A stretch of DNA of 34,403 nucleotides from Candidatus Rokuibacteriota bacterium (GTDB taxonomy: Bacteria; Methylomirabilota; Methylomirabilia; Rokubacteriales; DASRDR01): the NCBI GenBank assembly GCA_044866005.1, contig JBIOTN010000045.1, forward strand, positions 1 to 34,403. The letters are read 5' to 3'. This document shows, piece by piece, positions 19,215-25,732 of this stretch; within the stretch, counting starts at the first letter, position 1; each line of letters begins with the position of its first letter. The position numbers and the translations under genes are program-made. Below the pieces are notes generated by a model. The model saw only the letters and a list, made by a program, of their open reading frames with translations, did not search any database and was not told the DNA's origin.

Positions 19215-19300
19215 CGGGGACCACCGGGCGAGCGGCTGGCCGGGATCGGCCAGGCGGAGCGAACGAGAGGAACCCCTCACCGACCAGGAGCACGAAGGGT

Positions 19301-19786
19301 ATGCTAGCCACCACGCTTCTCAAGAAGGACCACTCGGAAGTCAAGAAGCTCTTCCAGCAGTTCGGCCGCACCACGGCGCGTGCCCGGAAGACGCGACAGC
19401 GGCTGATCGACGCGCTCGCGACCGAGCTGGACGTGCACGCCCGGATCGAGGAAGAGCTCTTCTATCCGGCCATGACGCAGATCGAGTCTCTCCGCGACAT
19501 GGTCGAAGAGGCCAAGGACGAGCACCAGCAGGTCAAGGATCTCCTGGCCGAGATCCAGGGCCTCGAGCCCACCGACGAGGCCCTGCAGAACCGGGTGAAG
19601 GAGCTGCGGGACGCGGTCCTCCACCACGCGACGGAAGAGGAGCAGCGGATGTTCCCCGATGCCGAGGACAGCCTCGGACGGGAGGAGCTCGAGCAGCTGG
19701 GCGAGCAGCTCGCGGAGCGGAAGGCGGAGCTGCTGAAGGGCGTCATCGGGCGGGTGAAGCAGAAAGGCATCCGCAAGGTCGCCTGA
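19301..19786 (+). CDS. Hemerythrin/HHE cation-binding domain protein
   Basis: DH..VKKLF, HARIEEELFYP, EH, HHATEEE..MFP helical His/Glu pattern; AGGAG upstream. Confidence 0.9.
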   Translation: MLATTLLKKDHSEVKKLFQQFGRTTARARKTRQRLIDALATELDVHARIEEELFYPAMTQIESLRDMVEEAKDEHQQVKDLLAEIQGLEPTDEALQNRVKELRDAVLHHATEEEQRMFPDAEDSLGREELEQLGEQLAERKAELLKGVIGRVKQKGIRKVA

Positions 19787-19890
19787 GCAGGCCGGCGCGA
19801 TCGAGCGCGGGCGATCCCGGGCGGCCCCATGGCCGCCGGAGCGCCCGGGGCGGGCCGCGCGCTGCGGCGAGCGCGCCCGCCCGCCGACGC

Positions 19891-19906
19891 CGGTACGGGC
19901 CTTGCA
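19891..19906 (+). promoter_or_regulatory. Sigma54-type promoter
   Basis: CGGTACGGGCCTTGCA, 13 nt before ATG 19920. Confidence 0.6.
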
Positions 19907-19919
19907 CCCCTCCCCGCAT

Positions 19920-20042
19920 ATGGGCTTCCTGTCGGTGCTCGCGTTTGCCCTGATCTTGGCAGGGCTTCCGGCGTGGCTCCTCCGCAGACGCGCGACCCGG
20001 AGCCGCTACCGCCGGCCACCCGAAGGCTGGATCCCGCCTTAA
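19920..20042 (+). CDS. Putative 40-aa single-pass membrane microprotein
   Basis: Not in track. MGFLSVLAFALILAGLPAWLLRRRATRSRYRRPPEGWIPP: hydrophobic helix plus Arg-rich tail, directly after a sigma54 motif. Confidence 0.55.
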   Translation: MGFLSVLAFALILAGLPAWLLRRRATRSRYRRPPEGWIPP

Positions 20043-20100
20043 ACGCTGCCGCTGGCGCGGGCGCGCCGCGCCCGGCCCGGTCGTTGCCGCTCCCGTGCGC

Positions 20101-20116
20101 CGGCATGGTCGTTGCA
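20101..20116 (+). promoter_or_regulatory. Sigma54-type promoter
   Basis: CGGCATGGTCGTTGCA (GG-N10-GC) upstream of the ORF at 20202. Confidence 0.6.
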
Positions 20117-20201
20117 CCGGCGCCAGGATGGAAGGCAGGGGGGCCCGGCAAGGGCGTCGGCCTCCCGGATCCAGACCCGGCACATGCCGGAGGAGGTGGG
20201 C

Positions 20202-20417
20202 GTGCGAACCCAGTACGAAGAGACCACGATTGTGACGGGCGACGTCCGCGAAGTCCGCATCTCGGAAGACCTGATGCTCGCCAGACCCGACCTCTGGAGC
20301 CGCGAGGGGCTCGAGGCCTATCTGCGCGAGGCGGGCATCGATCCGAGCCGTCCGTACTGGCGCGAAGAGGTGTTCGTCCAGCTCGAAGCCGCCGTCGAGC
20401 TCGAGGACGCGGCCTGA
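20202..20417 (+). CDS. Hypothetical acidic small protein (~71 aa)
   Basis: AGGAGG at 20191 then GTG 20202 (alternative ATG 20184). RTQYEETTIVTGDVREVRISEDLM..; host-like codon usage. Confidence 0.65.
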   Translation: MRTQYEETTIVTGDVREVRISEDLMLARPDLWSREGLEAYLREAGIDPSRPYWREEVFVQLEAAVELEDAA

Positions 20418-20442
20418 TCGCGGGCCGTCCGCCGAGGCCCGC

Positions 20443-20592
20443 ATGCTGGCGCTGATCCTCGCGCTGGTGGCCTTCGCCTTCTTCGCTGTTTCCTACCAGG
20501 GCATCGCGTACTCGACGCGCCAGCCGGCCGAAGAGCCTGACACCGCGTCCGTCGTCACCTCCGACGGCTCCGCGGCGCTCGGGCGCCCCTGA
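20443..20592 (+). CDS. Putative 49-aa membrane-anchored small protein
   Basis: Not in track. MLALILALVAFAFFAVSYQGIAYSTRQPAEEPDTASVVTSDGSAALGRP; GAGG upstream; follows the 20202 ORF. Confidence 0.5.
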   Translation: MLALILALVAFAFFAVSYQGIAYSTRQPAEEPDTASVVTSDGSAALGRP

Positions 20593-20785
20593 GCCGGGTC
20601 CCGCCGCCGTCCGACGCTTGCCCGGATCGGCTCTCGCGCCGCCGCGGGCGCGAGGGTGACGGCTCGTCGCGAAACCAGTAGGTATCGACCCAGCCGCAGC
20701 TCGGACAGCGGACGGTCATCCAGCGCCGTCCCTCGCTCCACGTGTGGGCGATGAGAGCGTCCGCGCGACAGTGAGGGCACCGCAC
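20555..20785 (-). CDS. Putative small zinc-ribbon protein
   Basis: MRCPHC-X20-CPSCGW, two CxxC pairs. Confidence 0.5.
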   Translation of the reverse strand: MRCPHCRADALIAHTWSEGRRWMTVRCPSCGWVDTYWFRDEPSPSRPRRRESRSGQASDGGGTRLRGARAPRSRRR

Positions 20786-20855
20786 GACCGGTCTGACGCG
20801 CGGCGCCCCCGACTTCTTGGCCTGTCGGCTCGCGGCCGCCCCGGGTCGCCGGGGC

Positions 20856-20909
20856 TCAGGAGATGTGGTGACGCTCGAAGACGCGCCGCGTGTCGTGGCC
20901 GGCGATCGT
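20856..20909 (-). pseudogene. Tyrosine integrase C-terminal relic (box II), second copy
   Basis: Minus-strand TIAGHDTRRVFERHHIS* is 11/16 identical to [16 protein letters not shown] of the relic at 22442-22666. The catalytic Tyr codon reads CAC. Confidence 0.65.
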
Positions 20910-20949
20910 CAGCGTCAGCGTGACAGGCGGTTCGCGACCGAGGCTGGCG

Positions 20950-21402
20950 CTAGCCTTGGCCCGCGCGCCGCCGGCGGGTCAGCCGGAGAATCGACATCGC
21001 GAGGTCGGCCTGATCAACGGGCTTGGTGAGGTGCCCGGCAAAACCCGCGCTCCACGTCTGGACGTAGTCACCCAGCTCTCCGAGCGCGGTGACCGCCAGG
21101 ATTGGAATGCTCGTCCAGCGCGGCTCGGTGCGAACTTGCCGGGCGAAGCTCAGGCCGTCCATCCCCGGGAGCAGCAGGTCCAGCAAGATGATGTGCGGCG
21201 TCTCCTGTTCCAGCACGCGCAGTCCGCGGTGAGCGTCCTCGGCGAGCAGGACGCGCGCGCCGAGCGGCTCCAGCATCTGCCGCATCAGCTCCCGGGTGTC
21301 GGGGTGATCCTCGACCACGAGCAAAACCAGGCCGGTGAGGCGTGGAGGCGTCTTCGCGGCCCGCGTGCGGGATTTCGGCTGATCGTGGGGGCGCCGCGAC
21401 AC
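20950..21402 (-). CDS. Single-domain response regulator (receiver)
   Basis: LLVVEDHPD, IILLDLLLPGMDG, AVTA, HLTKPVD. Start uncertain (GTG 21402 or ATG 21510). Confidence 0.85.
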   Translation of the reverse strand: MSRRPHDQPKSRTRAAKTPPRLTGLVLLVVEDHPDTRELMRQMLEPLGARVLLAEDAHRGLRVLEQETPHIILLDLLLPGMDGLSFARQVRTEPRWTSIPILAVTALGELGDYVQTWSAGFAGHLTKPVDQADLAMSILRLTRRRRAGQG

Positions 21403-21850
21403 TGTGAGACGTGCGCGCCGACCCGGCGGCGACGGGCGGGAGCGGACACGCCGCCGGTGCCCGGTCGAGCGCAGGCATGGAGAATGTGCCGACGCGGCGA
21501 GGCCGCGCATACCTCAGCGATACGCTCTCCGGGCTCGGGATGTCAAGACCTTATCGACGGGTGACAAGTTGACACCCGGAGCCGCCAGGAGCCTGACCGC
21601 TCCGGAACGGTCCCGGAACGCGAAACCCGGGCGATATCGAAGAGCGATCACCAAGTGCCTCCAACCGCGACGCCGCCCCTCCGCCCGTGTCCGCCCAGGG
21701 GCTCGGCGGCTCAGCGGCGGCGTGTCGCGCGAAGCGCGGCCCCCGTCCGCTGCAGCCGCACGCTGGCCGGCAACGCTGACTCTCCGAGGCCGAGCCGGGT
21801 CCCGACCCCCCACCCCCAGGGGGGTGCCCCACCGGCCGGCGAGAGCCGGC

Positions 21851-22198
21851 TCAGCCCCCGTAGCGCAGCGATCCCGGCGTCGTCAGCCGCTCGCCCGTCT
21901 CGAGCAGCGTCTTCAGGCCGGAGAGGATCATCGGCCAGCCGCCGTAGAGCTCGCGGTGGGCGTCCTCGCGAAGCTCGTCGTGGGTGACGGTCAGGCGGCA
22001 GGAGTCGCCGACCGGTTCGATCTCCCAGGTGACCCTCGAGGGCCTCTCGCGCTTCACCTCCTCGCTCCACAGGGCCCTGAAGCTCTGGACGAGCCGGCGC
22101 GGCGGGCTGACCTCGAGGTTTTCGCCCTCCGCCAAGAGCCCGGTGGCGCTCGGGTGACTCGCCCCGTAGCGCGAGCCGGGCGTCCAGTCGGATCTCAC
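21851..22198 (-). pseudogene. SRPBCC/Aha1-like domain gene, apparently 5'-truncated
   Basis: SDWTPGSRY, EVSPPRRLVQSF..LW, SRVTWEIEP, LTVTHD, GGWPMILSGLKTLLETG. The usual N-terminal strand/helix (I..TPE.LW.A.TD type) is missing and upstream DNA is unrelated. Confidence 0.7.
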
Positions 22199-22375
22199 CC
22201 GCGTCGATGCTCGCGACGCTGACGGATCGCTGAAGCCACGGAGTCGGATCCGGATGCCTGAACGCGCGTCTGAGCGGGCAGGGGAAGGGGAAGCCAGAGC
22301 GCGACCCCCGCGAAGCCTGCTGCCATGCCGCTGCCACCGACGGGGGTGATCCGGGGGCGGTCCTCGAGATTTCGG

Positions 22376-22451
22376 TGGTAGGCGGAGCAGGATTCGAACC
22401 TGCGGCCTCAGCCTTGTAAGGGCTGCGCTCTCCCGGCTGAGCTATCCGCCC
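22376..22451 (-). tRNA. tRNA-Val (anticodon TAC)
   Basis: GGGCGGATAGCTCAGCCGGGAGAGCGCAGCCCTTACAAGGCTGAGGCCGCAGGTTCGAATCCTGCTCCGCCTACCA: 76 nt cloverleaf, anticodon loop CTTACAA, GGTTCGAATCC T-arm, encoded CCA. Confidence 0.97.
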
Positions 22452-22666
22452 GTGCTGGAATGATCGCTATTTACGGGACGGCTGTCAACCTTGGCGGTCC
22501 GAACGTGCCCGGAACCGTGCCCGTTCGACTCGGCGAGCCGCCGGGCAGCCGCCTGGAGGTCGGCCGGGCTGACGATGTGGTAGCGGTCGAACACGGCCCG
22601 CGTCTTGTGGCCGGTGATGGTCATGGCCACGCGCTCCGGCACGCCGGCGTTGACGAGGTTCCGTAC
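22442..22666 (-). pseudogene. Tyrosine recombinase/integrase, C-terminal fragment
   Basis: [40 protein letters not shown] catalytic box II. Upstream part absent; stop TAG lies inside the tRNA gene. Confidence 0.85.
22460..22488 (-). promoter_or_regulatory. Putative sigma70 promoter of tRNA-Val, inside the integrase reading frame
   Basis: TTGACA-N17-GATCAT, 8 nt before tRNA base 1. Confidence 0.6.
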
Positions 22667-22777
22667 CAAGCCTGGTCTCGGGAATGCTGGTAGATGACGA
22701 AGAGCTTTCGCTTCGTACGGCTTGCTGCCGCCCAACTTGGATACCCTCCCCGTTATACTTCGCGCGTCTCGGATGCC

Positions 22778-23086
22778 TTATCGCGCGTCTAGGTATTTCT
22801 GCAAATCTCTATAGAAATTCTCGTGCGGCCCGACGTCGAGGACTTCGACCTGATTCAGCTTGGCGTCGAACTGATAGGCCAGCAGGAGTTGCTGGCTGCC
22901 CACCTTGAACTTCACCACGCGGACGCCCTGTAGGGCGCCGGTTTTCGGCTGTCCACTCAGCGGCTCGGCGACGATCTCGCGCACGGCCTGGTCGGCGGCC
23001 AGTTGGGCCGCGCCGGGCAGCCGGCGCTTCGACTTCGCGAACCGGGGCGCCTGGATGACGACCCGCTCGGAGGGACGGTCAGGCAT
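22778..23086 (-). CDS. Type II TA toxin, RelE/ParE superfamily (ParE-like)
   Basis: QAPRFAKSKRRL, PLSGQPKTGALQGVRVVKFK, LLAY, VGPHENFYRDL. Confidence 0.9.
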   Translation of the reverse strand: MPDRPSERVVIQAPRFAKSKRRLPGAAQLAADQAVREIVAEPLSGQPKTGALQGVRVVKFKVGSQQLLLAYQFDAKLNQVEVLDVGPHENFYRDLQKYLDAR

Positions 23087-23375
23087 CGCGCTCCAGGACG
23101 CCCCACTGGTAGGGCTGGCCGAGACCCGCCTTCAGCTCCGCGCGCGCCTCGAGAATGCCCTCGATCATCGCCAGCGGGATATCCGGGTTGTCTTCGGCGA
23201 TGACGCCGAGGCGCGCGTAGCGCTTCAGCTGGCCGGACAGCGATCGGTCCTGCGCCTCCGCGCGCGCTGCGATCATGCGCAGCAGCGGCTCCTCCTCCGG
23301 GCTGAACCGCACGGGCGTGATGCTGTGTCGCACGACTCGTCGACGCCTCCGAGCCTGCTTCTTCTTCTGCGCCAT
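23079..23375 (-). CDS. Type II TA antitoxin, ParD-like (RHH)
   Basis: ATG 23375 after GAGGAGG. RSLSGQLKRYARLGVIAEDNPDIP; overlaps the toxin start by 8 nt. Confidence 0.85.
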   Translation of the reverse strand: MAQKKKQARRRRRVVRHSITPVRFSPEEEPLLRMIAARAEAQDRSLSGQLKRYARLGVIAEDNPDIPLAMIEGILEARAELKAGLGQPYQWGVLERDA

Positions 23376-23405
23376 GGCCGGCCTCCTCACCCTGCTCTGA
23401 CTGCT

Positions 23406-23438
23406 TATACATTGTATACGCGGCGTCGGAGTCGTCAA
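23406..23438 (-). promoter_or_regulatory. TA promoter with overlapping palindromic operator
   Basis: TTGACG-N16-TACAAT; inverted repeat TATAC-att-GTATA (23406-23418) covers the -10. Confidence 0.7.
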
Positions 23439-23564
23439 GTTCCAGTTCCGCGATAGCGGGCCGCGGTCGCTCACCTGGGGCAGGCCCCCTCCGAGTGCAG
23501 ACGGCTGGAAGACGTGCCCGCTGGCGACTTACCGAGGGGCGTGATCCCGCTGGTCGGATTGCAC

Positions 23565-23637
23565 GGGCTGCGCTCTCCCGGCTGAGCTATCCGCCCGTGC
23601 GCTAGAAGTCACGGCCTTACGGGACGCGGGTCAACCT
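23565..23637 (-). repeat. Displaced tRNA-Val 5' fragment plus presumed original promoter (att junction)
   Basis: 36-bp identity to 22420-22455, then TTACGGGACG and GTCAACCT shared with 22471-22491 at almost the same offset. Confidence 0.85.
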
Positions 23638-23780
23638 CCGCGGCCTCCACTCCGCGGCCTCCACGCGGCCCGCCGTTCTGACCAGATTCTCACCGTGTCG
23701 CCGATCAATTCGAGGTCGGACAACCCCGGTCGAGCGGGGCGCCGGCCCGTAACGTCCGGCGAATTCAGCGACGTGCCCAT

Positions 23781-23796
23781 GGGCACGCCACGTGCT
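23781..23796 (+). promoter_or_regulatory. Sigma54-type promoter (weaker match)
   Basis: GGGCACGCCACGTGCT (GG-N10-GC) upstream of ORF 23881; overlaps palindrome CGTGCCCATGGGCACG. Confidence 0.45.
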
Positions 23797-23880
23797 TCTG
23801 GTCCCGGCGGTTCCTCGTCGTCGCTGCCTCGTCAAGCAGTGCGGCGTCTTTCTTTCCTCTGCCTCGACTGGAGGGCATTC

Positions 23881-24042
23881 ATGGCGTGCTGCATCTTTTG
23901 TCAGCGGCCCACGGGCGGGACTCCGGCGCCCGAGATCGCCGACGCGGCGTCCCGACTGTGCGTCTCCTGCCAGGAACACCTCTTCCGCCTCATCCGGGAG
24001 CTGGTGCGCCAGCCGGACCATCTCGAAGTGAGCCGGGGCTGA
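23881..24042 (+). CDS. Putative 53-aa Cys-rich (2x CxxC) small protein
   Basis: GGAGGG RBS; MACCIFCQRP...LCVSCQEHLFRLIRELV. Confidence 0.55.
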   Translation: MACCIFCQRPTGGTPAPEIADAASRLCVSCQEHLFRLIRELVRQPDHLEVSRG

Positions 24043-24051
24043 CGCGCCGCC

Positions 24052-24159
24052 ATGCCGGCCTTCAGGATCCTGCTCGTCGACGACGATCCGCCGCTGCTCG
24101 AGGTGATGGCGGAAATCCTCGCCGCCGCGGGGTACGCGGCCCGGATCCGCCTGGCCTGA
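24052..24159 (+). pseudogene. Truncated receiver-domain gene (35 aa)
   Basis: MPAFRILLVDDDPPLLEVMAEILAAAGY.. is the first beta-alpha-beta of a REC domain and stops before the phospho-acceptor Asp. Confidence 0.7.
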
Positions 24160-24279
24160 TCAGCCTGCGACCAGCGCTCCCGCCCCGGGGTGGTCAGTGG
24201 CTGACCAGATCGCCGGCCGGAAACGCGCGTCGCCTGGCAGGTGCTCTCCGTTTCTCCCCGCTAGGCCGGTCAGCTGAGA

Positions 24280-24295
24280 TGGCACGGAGCCTGCT
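24280..24295 (+). promoter_or_regulatory. Sigma54-type promoter
   Basis: TGGCACGGAGCCTGCT, close to the consensus TGGCAC-N5-TTGC, upstream of ORF 24374. Confidence 0.6.
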
Positions 24296-24373
24296 CGCCT
24301 GACTGAGTGGCTCGCTGACGAATCGAGCTCCCACCACCGTGCGCGCCGGCGAGGCGCGGGCAAGGAGTCGGGC

Positions 24374-24715
24374 ATGGCGACCTGGATCTCCGACGTTTTC
24401 CGTCGCCTCGGGTATCCGCCGTCGGACTCGCCGCCCTCGAGCACCGAAGGGCGGCCGCATCCCTTCTTCCGAGACCTCGGCATCGACGCCGCGGCGGGGT
24501 CGGCCCGCGCCGACGCGGAGGACGCGACCGAGCGGGACGCCGTCCTGCACCCGGCAGGCCAGGCCGAATCCACCGAGATCGCGGCCGAGCCGCTCCAGGA
24601 GCTCCTGCGGCAATGCACGCAGATGCTCATCGATGAATGTCAGCGGCGGTTCACGCCAGCGTCTCAGGACGAGGAGGCGCGGGACACGCGCCCACCCGCT
24701 CAGCCGGCGGCGTGA
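24374..24715 (+). CDS. Hypothetical protein (113 aa)
   Basis: AAGGAG RBS, ATG, host-like codon usage; no recognisable family. Confidence 0.55.
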   Translation: MATWISDVFRRLGYPPSDSPPSSTEGRPHPFFRDLGIDAAAGSARADAEDATERDAVLHPAGQAESTEIAAEPLQELLRQCTQMLIDECQRRFTPASQDEEARDTRPPAQPAA

Positions 24716-25046
24716 TCGAAGCCGCCGGTCACCCGGTCCGCCGCGCGTGAGCCGCGCGCGCCGAGCGAAGCGCCCCAGCGCATCGGGAGGATGAACCGGT
24801 GTCGGCCTCCGGCCGGTGGCGGCGGCCCCTGAGCGATTGTCCATGAGGGTCGCGCAACGGGGCTGGCGCAAGTCCCTGATCTGCAAGGCGTGGGCACCCC
24901 TGTCGGGTCACCGCGCCCCGGGGCCCCGGCCGGGCTCGCCGGCCAGGGCCGGGGCGTCGGGGCGCTCGAATTCGAGCCCTTGACAGCCGCGCCGGAAGGT
25001 ATACGTTTGTGCCCTCTCACTCGACGGCCAGGGGGAGGACACCGCG

Positions 25047-25181
25047 GTGCGGGTCGCGCTTCGCTGGCTCATCGTCATCCGGTGGGAGCAGGACCGGAAG
25101 GCGCTCGACTGCGGCATCCGCGGACGATTCGGGGGCCGCGCCCTCGACCTCGCGGACGGCGGAAGCGTGGCGTGGCGATAG
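25047..25181 (+). CDS. Putative 44-aa small protein
   Basis: Not in track. TTGACA-N16-TACGTT at 24980-25007, GGAGG RBS, then MRVALRWLIVIRWEQDRKALDCGIRGRFGGRALDLADGGSVAWR. Confidence 0.35.
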   Translation: MRVALRWLIVIRWEQDRKALDCGIRGRFGGRALDLADGGSVAWR

Positions 25182-25288
25182 GCGCGGCGGTGCTCGCCCG
25201 GTCCTTCCAGGCCATCCGTCAGCGGCTCGGGCCGGAGCATCGTGGAGCGAGGCGCCGGCCCGGCGCCTCGGCGCGGCTCGCGCCGGTC

Positions 25289-25642
25289 GTGATCGTCATG
25301 TTGACGCTGGTCGCCGTCGCCTCGGGCGCGAGCTCGGCCCAGACGGCCCCGGCCCCGGGCGCGCCGAACGAGACGTCCGCGAAGGGCGCCGAGAAGAAGC
25401 CCGGCCGACCGCTCGACATCAACACGGCGACGATGGGCGAGCTCCGGGCGCTGCCCGGGATCAGCGAGGCGGACGCCCGGCGGATCACGGAGAACCGACC
25501 CTACGCGCGGAAGGAGGAGCTCGCGCGGAACCGGATCATCTCCTATCTCGCCTACGAGAAGATCCGGAATCTGATCGTCGTGACGCCGCCCCAACCGGAG
25601 CCGCGACGAGGCCGGGACGCCACGCCGATCAAGGGGCCATAG
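25289..25642 (+). CDS. Exported helix-hairpin-helix (ComEA-like) protein
   Basis: Signal-like VVIVMLTLVAVASGASSAQ; LDINTAT..EL.ALPGIS...ARRI..NRPY. Start uncertain (25172, 25289 or 25298). Confidence 0.8.
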   Translation: MIVMLTLVAVASGASSAQTAPAPGAPNETSAKGAEKKPGRPLDINTATMGELRALPGISEADARRITENRPYARKEELARNRIISYLAYEKIRNLIVVTPPQPEPRRGRDATPIKGP

Positions 25643-25702
25643 CCCCCCGGGCGCGCCGGCGGTCGCCGGGCGCCCGCCCGGAGGGAGCCCCGGCCGCCCG
25701 TC

Positions 25703-25718
25703 CGGTATCGCGGTTGCA
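25703..25718 (+). promoter_or_regulatory. Sigma54-type promoter
   Basis: CGGTATCGCGGTTGCA, 14 nt before ATG 25733. Confidence 0.6.
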
Positions 25719-25732
25719 CCGTCCTGTCTGGC

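Larger units (their letters stand above)
22420..23600 (-). mobile_element. Decayed integrative element (~1.15 kb) at tRNA-Val, bounded by a 36-bp duplication of the tRNA 5' half
   Basis: GGGCTGCGCTCTCCCGGCTGAGCTATCCGCCCGTGC identical at 22420-22455 and 23565-23600. Encloses an integrase remnant and a TA pair; visibly more AT-rich than flanks. Confidence 0.85.

Noticed and set aside
21474..21491. Minus-strand CGGCACATTCTCCATGC as a sigma54 promoter for the response regulator
   Set aside because: GG-to-GC spacing is 12, not the required 10. A sigma70-like TTGACA at 21546-21541 is the better candidate.
20400..22375. A conventional 3' tRNA-Val duplicate marking an island downstream of the tRNA
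   Set aside because: No copy of the T-arm or acceptor sequence was found by eye, so no boundaries are claimed.
22667..22735. Track start making the integrase a complete 97-aa protein
   Set aside because: The first ~22 residues lack the HxxR motif and other integrase features; treated as junction sequence of a truncated gene.
23565..23600. Second tRNA gene
   Set aside because: Only the acceptor 5' strand, D-arm and half the anticodon stem are present; no T-arm or CCA.
23617..24021. 134-aa minus-strand ORF
   Set aside because: No motif or RBS; antisense to a better supported small ORF and ends inside the old tRNA promoter.
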